A DNA stretch of 41,966 nt from a virus: the IMG/VR virus record IMGVR_UViG_3300045988_069551; one strand, given 5' to 3'. Every line of letters starts with the position of its first letter. Positions within the stretch are counted from its first letter, which is position 1. Shown piece by piece: positions 7,853 to 14,956 of the stretch. A program made the position numbers and the translations under genes. The notes beneath the pieces are model-generated. The model was given only the letters and a program-made list of their open reading frames with translations, had not been told where the DNA came from and did no database searches.

Positions 7853-7911
7853 ATTTTTCTAAAGGAGCCGATGCGCATCTTCCCGGGAAGCCCGTCTCCT
7901 CTCTTTATTTG

Positions 7912-8124
7912 TTAAATGCCAGTTTTGCTACTTAAAGCATCCCTTATCTGCGCCGAAAGAACCGTCTCCCTGCCATTCGTGTTTTCGATTTCTTCCGCTG
8001 CCTGTTCTAGTAAATTGCTTACATAATCTATGTAAGTAACAAGTATTCTCGCATATTGAGCCGCAACAGATTGATAATTTTGCTTTTTGGCCCATTCATA
8101 GGCCAACTTTTCTTCTTCATTCAC
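7912..8124 (-). CDS. Hypothetical protein
   Basis: GTG at 8124 lies 9 nt after the GGAGG of the junction motif (8134-8148). The ORF-track start at 8190 would overlap the upstream gene. Confidence 0.6.
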   Translation of the reverse strand: MNEEEKLAYEWAKKQNYQSVAAQYARILVTYIDYVSNLLEQAAEEIENTNGRETVLSAQIRDALSSKTGI

Positions 8125-8153
8125 TTTCGATTTCCTCCTAAATGTTAAAATTG

Positions 8154-8378
8154 TTAATTGGATACTATCGGCAAAAATTGAAACGTCCATGCCTCATCCA
8201 TAATGGATACCAGATTCCCATCTTCATTGATTGCCAACACATCAATTGTTTTTGGTTTAATAATGGTATCCCTATCTTCCCAGTCCATTCCTTCCGGCAT
8301 CCTTATTTCTGCTATAGCTACCGCATTGAGCACCTTGTCTCCATGTATCACCTTAAATCTACTTAAATCAGTCCACAT
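8154..8378 (-). CDS. Hypothetical protein
   Basis: 74 aa. ATG at 8378 preceded by AAAGGAA. Confidence 0.6.
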   Translation of the reverse strand: MWTDLSRFKVIHGDKVLNAVAIAEIRMPEGMDWEDRDTIIKPKTIDVLAINEDGNLVSIMDEAWTFQFLPIVSN

Positions 8379-8409
8379 AATATATTCCTTTCTAGATTTC
8401 GCCTAAATG

Positions 8410-8577
8410 TTAATCTTCTATATCTTCCTCTTCCCAGTGTTCACAGTCATCCAGAAAACCTGTCTCTTGCAATAATTTTTCGCTTTCTGCATTGATGCAG
8501 ATCATATGTATGCTATCAATGCTGTCGCTTACCGGATAATGATGTTCACAATACATACATGTTCTATTCATCCGCAT
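8410..8577 (-). CDS. Hypothetical Cys-containing mini-protein (MRMNRTCMYCEHH...DDCEHWEEEDIED)
   Basis: Below the ORF-track size cutoff; found by hand translation. Its stop lies inside a junction motif. The second ATG at 8571 has better SD spacing. Confidence 0.55.
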   Translation of the reverse strand: MRMNRTCMYCEHHYPVSDSIDSIHMICINAESEKLLQETGFLDDCEHWEEEDIED

Positions 8578-8590
8578 ACTCCTTTAAATG

Positions 8591-8752
8591 TTAATACGAT
8601 TCTCTTTTGAGCCATTCCAGCGCGTCAGCCACCTCGTCAGCACGATAGGCAATAATGTCCAAATCATCTCGATACAATTTTGCCTCTACTGTTGCCAGGA
8701 AATGCGCCAGCTCCTCATCTGTCATTGCTCTGATCCTTTCCGTATTTTTCAT
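8591..8752 (-). CDS. Hypothetical 53-aa protein, paralog A (MKNTERIRAMTDEELAHFLATVEAKLYRDDLDIIAYRADEVADALEWLKRESY)
   Basis: Hand translation. SD AGGAGGGGCAGG before the ATG. A near-identical copy lies at 11816-11977. Confidence 0.7.
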   Translation of the reverse strand: MKNTERIRAMTDEELAHFLATVEAKLYRDDLDIIAYRADEVADALEWLKRESY

Positions 8753-8774
8753 CCTGCCCCTCCTAAATGTTAAG

Positions 8775-9059
8775 TTACCAAATCAACGCCTGACCACATC
8801 TATTGCAAAAGTTATTCGAACAAGTAACCATACTAAGACACTCTGGACAATGGTGTACCTTTGTTCCTGCCTTGAATACCACATGCCCAATTTTCATATC
8901 CTTGTCAAATGTTTCTTCTTTGGTCTTCTGTGGAATTTGCCTTTGCAGGGCTTCATCTGCATCTTTCAGGGCTTCATACAAATATTCATTACACGTATTA
9001 CGTCCCGCATTTCCCATAAAATTTCTAATAGTGCTTACACTTTTAACTGCATCCATCAT
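8775..9059 (-). CDS. Hypothetical zinc-ribbon protein
   Basis: C-terminus is HHCPECLSMVTCSNNFCNRCGQ. ATG at 9059/9056 is preceded by GAAGGAAAG. The ORF-track start at 9176 has no SD and overlaps the upstream gene by 83 nt. Confidence 0.55.
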   Translation of the reverse strand: MMDAVKSVSTIRNFMGNAGRNTCNEYLYEALKDADEALQRQIPQKTKEETFDKDMKIGHVVFKAGTKVHHCPECLSMVTCSNNFCNRCGQALIW

Positions 9060-9093
9060 ATCTGTTTCTTTCCTTCGGTTCTCCCGAAAAATT

Positions 9094-9261
9094 TTAAAAA
9101 TCGCATCCGATAATGCAAGCAAAGCAACTGCAATCAGTACATTCTCCGTGTCCTGTTTCTGAACACTCTTTTGCATTATCGCACAGGTTTTTTGGGATTT
9201 TAGTTACAAAATATCCATTGTTTTTTAGTAAAGTAATTGCTTTTTTGATTTCTTCTTCCAT
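9094..9261 (-). CDS. Hypothetical Cys-rich mini-protein
   Basis: ATG at 9261 (MEEEIKKAITLL...) follows a junction motif with GGAGG. C-terminus is CSETGHGECTDCSCFACIIGC. Confidence 0.55.
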   Translation of the reverse strand: MEEEIKKAITLLKNNGYFVTKIPKNLCDNAKECSETGHGECTDCSCFACIIGCDF

Positions 9262-9281
9262 TGTTATTCCTCCACTAAATG

Positions 9282-9728
9282 TTAATTTAAATGAATTACT
9301 TCTGCCTTTTTCACAGGCTGGCTGCAATATTCCACTGTTACATTACGCTGATAAGAAAACACACTGCCACAGCAAGGGCACTTACACTCGTCTTCATCAT
9401 CGTCAGCTTCCCAACTGTCACAATTTTCATATCCACAATATGGACAAGTGATCTGTTCTGTGCAATCTTTATCTTCTGGCTCCTCGCCATGAATAAAAAC
9501 TTCCTGTAACTTTAATTTCTCAACGTATGCCGTATGATACCTGCATCCTTTTCCGGACAGTGAGGTAACGCCATATGCAGCATTGTCTATGATTAGCGTG
9601 TCACCAATGTTGATCTCCTTGTCGGTCTCTATAATGGGCATTATCCCATCATCTTCCGGAGTAAGTCCTTTCATGCTGAAATCCCACGAACGCTTACTAC
9701 CTAAATCTGCATAATCAAATATTTTCAT
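9282..9728 (-). CDS. Hypothetical zinc-ribbon protein
   Basis: 148 aa. SD GGAGGTGGAAG before the ATG. Contains CPYCGYENC...CKCPCCG. Confidence 0.7.
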   Translation of the reverse strand: MKIFDYADLGSKRSWDFSMKGLTPEDDGIMPIIETDKEINIGDTLIIDNAAYGVTSLSGKGCRYHTAYVEKLKLQEVFIHGEEPEDKDCTEQITCPYCGYENCDSWEADDDEDECKCPCCGSVFSYQRNVTVEYCSQPVKKAEVIHLN

Positions 9729-9747
9729 CTTCCACCTCCATTAAACC

Positions 9748-9936
9748 CTAATCATATTCGTAATCGCCCAGCTCAATATCTTTTCCACATGCCGGACATT
9801 CCACAGTTCCCCAGTCTTCCCCCCAATAACCAGGAACATAAATATCTTTCCAATTCAGTACAATATCAGAATCACAATGAGGACATTCTAAAGATATTGA
9901 TACAGGAATTACGTCAATGTGAAAATCTGTTTTCAT
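9748..9936 (-). CDS. Hypothetical zinc-ribbon mini-protein
   Basis: Contains CPHCDSD...CPACGKD. ATG at 9936 (MKTDFHIDV) is preceded by AGAGGTG. The ORF-track start at 9969 is a TTG that overlaps the upstream gene. Confidence 0.6.
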   Translation of the reverse strand: MKTDFHIDVIPVSISLECPHCDSDIVLNWKDIYVPGYWGEDWGTVECPACGKDIELGDYEYD

Positions 9937-9958
9937 AAGCACCTCTAAATGTCTCTGA

Positions 9959-10267
9959 TCAATCGGCAAATGGATCGGGGCACATTATTTTGTCTTTCCA
10001 TGTCAGCTTCTTATAATTTTCCTCGCACGTTGGGCATTTGTGGCCTACGATAACTGCCTCTTCCGCTCCCATATAAATGCCGCCTAATGTATCTCCCAAT
10101 TGAATCCCGCATCTTGCACAGTAATAATATCCAAAGCAATAAGTTTGTATCTTGCTGTGTCCTATCAGACTACAAGTAACTTCCTTCCGTTGCTCTTCAT
10201 CTTCTATGCCTAATAGATCCAGCTTATCAAGTAACTCTTTTTCAGTTTTTATTTTCGATCTTGCCAT
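9959..10267 (-). CDS. Hypothetical Cys-rich protein
   Basis: 102 aa. SD AAAGGAG. Contains CARCG...HKCPTCEE. Confidence 0.7.
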   Translation of the reverse strand: MARSKIKTEKELLDKLDLLGIEDEEQRKEVTCSLIGHSKIQTYCFGYYYCARCGIQLGDTLGGIYMGAEEAVIVGHKCPTCEENYKKLTWKDKIMCPDPFAD

Positions 10268-10298
10268 AGTGCTCCTTTCCGGCTACTGCCGTTAAATT

Positions 10299-10688
10299 TT
10301 AATTTAAAAACTCTACAAAGTCATCGAAAATCTCTTTTGATAATTGATAATGCTTGCACCGCCTAGATTTATCCTTAATGACAAGGTCTCCGGTAATACC
10401 AAATAGCTCAGAAACATCATTTCGCTCTTTTTCATTAGTGCAGCGCCCGAGCTTGTTATATGCGCAATTCTCACACTGTTTTTTTATTTTAAACTTTTCA
10501 ACAGAATGCTCCATTTTTCCGAGAATACAATCGCATCCCTGGTCATCTGTTCTTGATGGGATATATTGATCTCGTGCAGAAGAGTAATCCACCTCAGTGT
10601 ATCCCTCACGATATGTATATGTCCGTGTTTTCCCACAATACGGACAGAGTTTTTTCAGGATCTTCCTTTCTGGTCTATTGCTGTACAT
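10299..10688 (-). CDS. Hypothetical Cys-rich protein
   Basis: 129 aa. A junction motif with GGAGG lies upstream. Contains CPYCGKT...CDC...CENCAY...GRC...RRCKHY. Confidence 0.7.
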   Translation of the reverse strand: MYSNRPERKILKKLCPYCGKTRTYTYREGYTEVDYSSARDQYIPSRTDDQGCDCILGKMEHSVEKFKIKKQCENCAYNKLGRCTNEKERNDVSELFGITGDLVIKDKSRRCKHYQLSKEIFDDFVEFLN

Positions 10689-10789
10689 ATTCCTTCTACC
10701 TCCTAAATGTTAATTTCCATTTGTAACCCACAATAATACCATGTACCTTTACGGGTTCTATAAGATTCACTCGTTTTTCCTCCTAAATG

Positions 10790-10984
10790 TTAATTCTCCA
10801 TATAGTTATCAGTCGTTGATAAAAATAATTTTGTCGCTACCCACGGCAAATAATTTTGGGTGTTTAAAAAGTAAACTCTGCCGCTGGTTATTTTAAACAG
10901 TGCTCCCGGGTTTACTGTTATTCTCCCGACATCACAATAAAATGAGTCAAATTGTTTTATGACCTTATATTTTTTATTTTCCAT
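10790..10984 (-). CDS. Hypothetical protein
   Basis: 64 aa. Flanked by junction motifs on both sides. Confidence 0.55.
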   Translation of the reverse strand: MENKKYKVIKQFDSFYCDVGRITVNPGALFKITSGRVYFLNTQNYLPWVATKLFLSTTDNYMEN

Positions 10985-10996
10985 TTCTCCTAAATT

Positions 10997-11158
10997 TTAA
11001 TACTCTGTAGCAGAGATTGTTAATTGATGCGCATCGTTAAACAATGACACCACCTCAAAACGCTCTCCCAAGTCACCAACGTATAAATTATCATCCTCAT
11101 TCAATGTTCCGTCTGCCAGATTTTCTTGTATATACTCCATGAGATTTTTTATTTTCAT
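10997..11158 (-). CDS. Hypothetical acidic mini-protein
   Basis: ATG at 11158 (MKIKNLMEY...) follows junction-motif GGAGG plus AAAAGT. The ORF-track start at 11194 overlaps the upstream gene. Confidence 0.55.
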   Translation of the reverse strand: MKIKNLMEYIQENLADGTLNEDDNLYVGDLGERFEVVSLFNDAHQLTISATEY

Positions 11159-11175
11159 ACTTTTCCTCCTAAATG

Positions 11176-11436
11176 TTAATTTCCCTGTATCCAAATCCGG
11201 TCAAATTCTGCACAAGCCTCTTCCGGAGTGTTCCCAAATCCGCAAACCCCTGTGGGTAAATCTCCCAAGATACAACACCATTGGTTCCCATCCTGCATTA
11301 TCTGCGCACCATGTATAACGTGCGGCGCTGTTCTTTCACACTGATATTCATAATTCTGCTGTTTCTGTTCATAAAGCATTCCTTTATATTCTTCGACCGC
11401 CTGTGCCGACCAGTATTCGTTTAGTTCCATCTTCAT
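11176..11436 (-). CDS. Hypothetical protein
   Basis: 86 aa. GGAGG upstream. The third codon ATG (11430) has better spacing. Confidence 0.6.
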   Translation of the reverse strand: MKMELNEYWSAQAVEEYKGMLYEQKQQNYEYQCERTAPHVIHGAQIMQDGNQWCCILGDLPTGVCGFGNTPEEACAEFDRIWIQGN

Positions 11437-11453
11437 ACCTCCGTCGTTAATTG

Positions 11454-11795
11454 TTAAAACTGTTGACTGTCAGTCCATTTTTTGGCATAATGACATTTCT
11501 CCCAGTCTCCATCAACTGCATATATACAACTCTCGCCTATGCATATCTGACCTGTATATTCTGGATATCCGCACTCTAACGGAAAATCTGGATACAATAA
11601 TTTCTGACATCCCATGATCCTCGCCATATCTGGCCCCCAATATACAGGCTCCCCATCCTTAGCGTAGTGACGAATGCTTTTCGGAATGTCCTCTTTTTGG
11701 TTGTAAATATCAATTGTCATAGGCTCTACTCTGGCGTTACGCACATAATAGCCACTCTTCACCCCGTTTGTAATATGTCTTATATCAATGCTCAT
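11454..11795 (-). CDS. Hypothetical protein
   Basis: 113 aa. A junction-motif variant with GAGGAG precedes the ATG. Confidence 0.65.
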   Translation of the reverse strand: MSIDIRHITNGVKSGYYVRNARVEPMTIDIYNQKEDIPKSIRHYAKDGEPVYWGPDMARIMGCQKLLYPDFPLECGYPEYTGQICIGESCIYAVDGDWEKCHYAKKWTDSQQF

Positions 11796-11815
11796 AACTT
11801 TTTCTCCTCTAAATG

Positions 11816-11977
11816 TTAATACGATTCTCTTTCAAGCCACTTTAAGGCATCCGCAACCTCGTCAGCACGATAGGCAATAATGTCCAAATCATCTCGGTAC
11901 AATTTCGCCTCTACCGTTGCCAAAAAATGGGCCAGCTCCTCATCCGTCATTGCTCTGAGCCTATCTGTATTTTTCAT
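11816..11977 (-). CDS. Hypothetical 53-aa protein, paralog B (MKNTDRLRAMTDEELAHFLATVEAKLYRDDLDIIAYRADEVADALKWLERESY)
   Basis: Hand translation. 49/53 residues are identical to the 8591-8752 product. Confidence 0.7.
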   Translation of the reverse strand: MKNTDRLRAMTDEELAHFLATVEAKLYRDDLDIIAYRADEVADALKWLERESY

Positions 11978-12299
11978 CCTGCCCTCCTAAATTCTCTAAA
12001 ATATTCACGCCCGTTTCCTCTGCCAGCGCATCATTCAGCAGCCGAAAATACTCCGGATCTTCCGGTATGTATTTCATTTGCCCATCTGCAAATTCCAGGA
12101 ACCTCATAAGTCGCTTTTTCCCGTAACTATGGTGCCGGTGTAAGTAATCTGCACTGATCAGCAGGAAACAGTCAAATGCCTCCCTTATCGCATCCTCAGT
12201 CTGCTTCTTTTGCGCTTCCTGGAATTGAGGATCCTTCATGGCTTGCTCTACCAGATTATGTATCTTGGCCTTTTTGAGTTGCTTGTCCGCCCAGCTCAT
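11961..12299 (-). CDS. Hypothetical protein
   Basis: ATG at 12299 (MSWADKQL...) is preceded by GGAGGTGAGG. The ORF track extends to 12326. Confidence 0.6.
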   Translation of the reverse strand: MSWADKQLKKAKIHNLVEQAMKDPQFQEAQKKQTEDAIREAFDCFLLISADYLHRHHSYGKKRLMRFLEFADGQMKYIPEDPEYFRLLNDALAEETGVNILENLGGQDEKYR

Positions 12300-12705
12300 C
12301 TTTATCCTCACCTCCCAATCGTTCAATCGCCGTAGCAGTCAATCCGGTTAGCAGAGGATCATTACAGCACTCTTTTATTTTGTCACACATAAAATCCCGA
12401 ATCGCTTCATATTCCTCATCTGTAGGGTCAAAATATGCCAATTCTGCAAGAATCTCTACAAGTGTCCTAACAACCCTCGTGCATTCCGTTCTATAGTCCA
12501 TTTGCGCCTGTTTTATGCTCTCACACAGCCTTTCATAGGACACTCTGTATTTTCCCTCAAGGTCTGCCGGGTTGAGCGCAGCTTCATTTTTTAATCTTAT
12601 CGTCTGCAAGTGCTTGATTTTCCTGTATAACTCCACTGTATTCACGTAATCCTGCACCCCGCTTTCCTGTAACTGGTCTTCCTGCGTTTCCATTGGTTTT
12701 CGCAA
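12256..12705 (-). CDS. Hypothetical protein
   Basis: 149-aa ORF downstream of the helicase. Start is uncertain; a GTG overlapping the helicase TGA (GTGA, near 12644) is an alternative. Confidence 0.55.
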   Translation of the reverse strand: MRKPMETQEDQLQESGVQDYVNTVELYRKIKHLQTIRLKNEAALNPADLEGKYRVSYERLCESIKQAQMDYRTECTRVVRTLVEILAELAYFDPTDEEYEAIRDFMCDKIKECCNDPLLTGLTATAIERLGGEDKDELGGQATQKGQDT

Positions 12706-14024
12706 AACTGGATATCATCCACATAGTCATAACAGACCGCATCTTTCTTACCCTCAAATGTCCTGGCAATCCGGCCAATGCTCTGCGTAACAACAGCGTA
12801 ATCCTTCTTTGGCGTAGCCAGATACAGCCGGTCAAGGCATGGGATGTCAAGTCCCTCTTTCGCAAGACTGAAGGACGCGAACAGATAGCGGAGCTTCCCT
12901 CGCTTCATATCCTCAATGGCCTGTTGCCGCTGGGCCCTTCCTTTCTTGCTGGTCATTTTCCCGTCTATCATTGTACTCTGCCTTTTTAATTCTTCCGGCA
13001 GCATCCCCATCAACAGCTGCAGATGACTCAGCCTGTCTGACAGTATTAGGTTTGAGTGCTGCGCATTCCTGATCAGGTCGTCCACAATCCCCTGGCACCT
13101 CTCTATGTTCCCGGTCAGGTACTGCATCAGTTTGCTGTATACCAGCGTCCCATCCGTGTCCAGACAAATCCTGTCGATCTTAATACCCGTGTCTCGCCTC
13201 ACTATAGTTACTTGCATCGTCTTCTCTGCAACCGCCTCGTCCGGGACCTTATACCTTACATCCCCCAACGCCGCGAATGTACTCTTGATCAGCCCATCTG
13301 CCCGGTGTACTGTTGCTGATAATCCATATTTGTATCTTGCAGCCAGGGAGTTTATTACGCGGTAAAACATCTTCATGCTGGCCGGAGTACCGGACACCCT
13401 ATGACACTCATCTACAATAATTACGTCCCAGGAATATTTGTATTTCTGCAAGTCCAGCTTCGACAGCGTCTGAACCGTGGCAAATGTAATGTGACTGCCA
13501 ATGTGCACCTTCCCTGCCGTAATCCTCCCGAGCGTTTCTTCTGGGTAATACTGCCTTGCCCGCTCATATGACTGATTTAGAAGATCGGCAGTGTGCGTAA
13601 GCCACAATGTTTTGCGTTGCAGGCGTGCTGCCAAGGCAATTCCCATCTGCGTTTTTCCTGATCCACATGGGCTTTGCAATATACCGCAGCCCGCTACCAG
13701 CATTGCCCGTACCGCTACATCCTGGTAATCATATAGCGGGACAGTACCATGAAACTCCAGCCTGCCATTGTCGGCTACATCCAGTCTAATATCCGCGCCA
13801 GATATGAGCGGCCTTATCTGTTTCCCGGCTCCGCAGGGAAGTACCAGGGCCTCCCCATCCACATAATACAGGTACAACTGTTTTTCGGTATTTCCTGTCC
13901 ATAGCCCCATCCGCTGCTTCTTGGAATATTCTGGATTAGGGATGACCAAGTTCTCACGGGCCCAGCTTACAATCTCTGGCGTCGGCGGAGTTATAAATAT
14001 TTCATTGCTGATTGTTACCTGCAT
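12642..14024 (-). CDS. Superfamily-2 DEAD/DEAH-box DNA helicase
   Basis: Motif I SPCGSGKT, motif II VIIVDECHR, motif VI QSIGRIAR. 460 aa. Confidence 0.85.
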   Translation of the reverse strand: MQVTISNEIFITPPTPEIVSWARENLVIPNPEYSKKQRMGLWTGNTEKQLYLYYVDGEALVLPCGAGKQIRPLISGADIRLDVADNGRLEFHGTVPLYDYQDVAVRAMLVAGCGILQSPCGSGKTQMGIALAARLQRKTLWLTHTADLLNQSYERARQYYPEETLGRITAGKVHIGSHITFATVQTLSKLDLQKYKYSWDVIIVDECHRVSGTPASMKMFYRVINSLAARYKYGLSATVHRADGLIKSTFAALGDVRYKVPDEAVAEKTMQVTIVRRDTGIKIDRICLDTDGTLVYSKLMQYLTGNIERCQGIVDDLIRNAQHSNLILSDRLSHLQLLMGMLPEELKRQSTMIDGKMTSKKGRAQRQQAIEDMKRGKLRYLFASFSLAKEGLDIPCLDRLYLATPKKDYAVVTQSIGRIARTFEGKKDAVCYDYVDDIQFCENQWKRRKTSYRKAGCRIT

Positions 14025-14446
14025 TGCGTCACCTGCTTATCCAGTTTGTTCTGATGCTCCATCCACTGGTTGAATGTCCTGCCACATCTTAAAAGCTCCT
14101 TATACCTCACCTGTTTACTACCATTTTCTTTCATGATGGTCAGCATCCTGTGCGGAACGATAATTACTGTTTCCTGGATCCTGACCACGAACAGCCCCTG
14201 CCTGTTTCCAGTCATGCTCCATAGTGTCATCGCATTGTGCTGGTTTTCTTCTATCCGGCTCAGCGGGAAAGCATCTCCCTGGCAGTCCTTGCAGTCAAAG
14301 ACGTATGTTGCTCCGTCCCTTGCTGCAATCACGTCAAATGGTTGCCCGTTCTGGTTGTCTTTCAGACAATGTGCCCAAAACCCGTTATCGGAAAGCATCT
14401 GTGAAAATTCTCTCTCAAATGCTGTTCCTATGCTTTTATTACTCAT
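14015..14446 (-). CDS. PD-(D/E)xK nuclease, Holliday-junction-resolvase-like (Hjc/RecU-type)
   Basis: GTAFEREFSQML...GFWA...QPFDVIAARDGATYVFDCKD matches the E...D...(D/E)xK resolvase pattern. Lies in the replication/recombination module. Confidence 0.6.
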   Translation of the reverse strand: MSNKSIGTAFEREFSQMLSDNGFWAHCLKDNQNGQPFDVIAARDGATYVFDCKDCQGDAFPLSRIEENQHNAMTLWSMTGNRQGLFVVRIQETVIIVPHRMLTIMKENGSKQVRYKELLRCGRTFNQWMEHQNKLDKQVTQCR

Positions 14447-14664
14447 TGCTTCACCCCCCTTTCAAGTTGCAGGGAGATGCGCCGTATCATCCTCATGTCA
14501 TCCTCTATCCTTGCAACGGATGGAGAACGCATCCCCAACCATCTGTCATACGCTTCCTGGTCTTTTATGTTTGCCAGTTCCTGTGCCTCGTCAAACATAT
14601 TTTTATATTCCAATTCCTGCTTTGCGTCCTCCAAAAGGAGTTGCATAAATTCAATTTCTTTCAT
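14443..14664 (-). CDS. Hypothetical protein
   Basis: 73 aa. SD GGAGGTAGGAA before the ATG. 4-nt overlap with the downstream gene. Confidence 0.65.
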   Translation of the reverse strand: MKEIEFMQLLLEDAKQELEYKNMFDEAQELANIKDQEAYDRWLGMRSPSVARIEDDMRMIRRISLQLERGVKQ

Positions 14665-14686
14665 TTCCTACCTCCATTTTTGTATT

Positions 14687-14955
14687 GTCTTACCATTTTA
14701 GGTAATCGTCTTACCCGTTTCCACCAAGAAAAGTGTCCCCAAACCCAGTAAAAACGTTGGGTCTTACCGTCTTACCAGAAAATACACCATACAACCACAT
14801 ATTTTTAGAGAAAAAATTTCATTGTAATTTTTACGCCTACACGTATATGGTACATGGTAAGACAGGTAAGATGGTAAGACTATATATTATAAAGCGCGTA
14901 TTTGCGCTGTTTTATGGTCTTACTTTTTGTCTTACCAAAATTTTCGTGGTAAGAC
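14687..14955. repeat. Iteron array, putative origin of replication
   Basis: GTCTTACC at 14687, 14708, 14761, 14769 (tandem) and 14929, plus 7/8 at 14917. Inverted GGTAAGAC at 14856, 14873 and 14948, plus GGTAAGAT at 14865. AT-rich core tatatattataa and small palindrome AGCGCgtatttGCGCT at 14893-14908. ORF-free. Confidence 0.7.
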
Positions 14956-14956
14956 T

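Noticed and set aside
10714-10778. Tiny ORFs (10-24 codons) between two junction motifs
   Set aside because: They are too short and ambiguous (GTG or ATG starts in different frames) to call as genes. The stretch is treated as a probable remnant slot and noted under the junction-motif finding.
12584-13365. Alternate-frame and antisense ORFs (12584-12865, 12913-13167, 13056-13319, 13105-13365) within the helicase gene
   Set aside because: The helicase frame shows motifs I, II and VI. The others are Arg/Pro/Gly-rich shadows without SDs.
14070-14751. 192-aa and 175-aa plus-strand ORFs opposite the resolvase-like and 73-aa genes
   Set aside because: They are antisense to well-supported, SD-preceded, coupled minus-strand genes. 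They have no SD and Cys/Ser/Leu-rich shadow composition.
8134-14955. CRISPR-like interpretation of the repeated 15-mer junction motif and of the GTCTTACC array
   Set aside because: The junction-motif copies are separated by whole genes of variable length (80-700 bp) and contain the SD and stop codon. The 8-mers are too short, occur in both orientations and are irregularly spaced. No cas genes are present.
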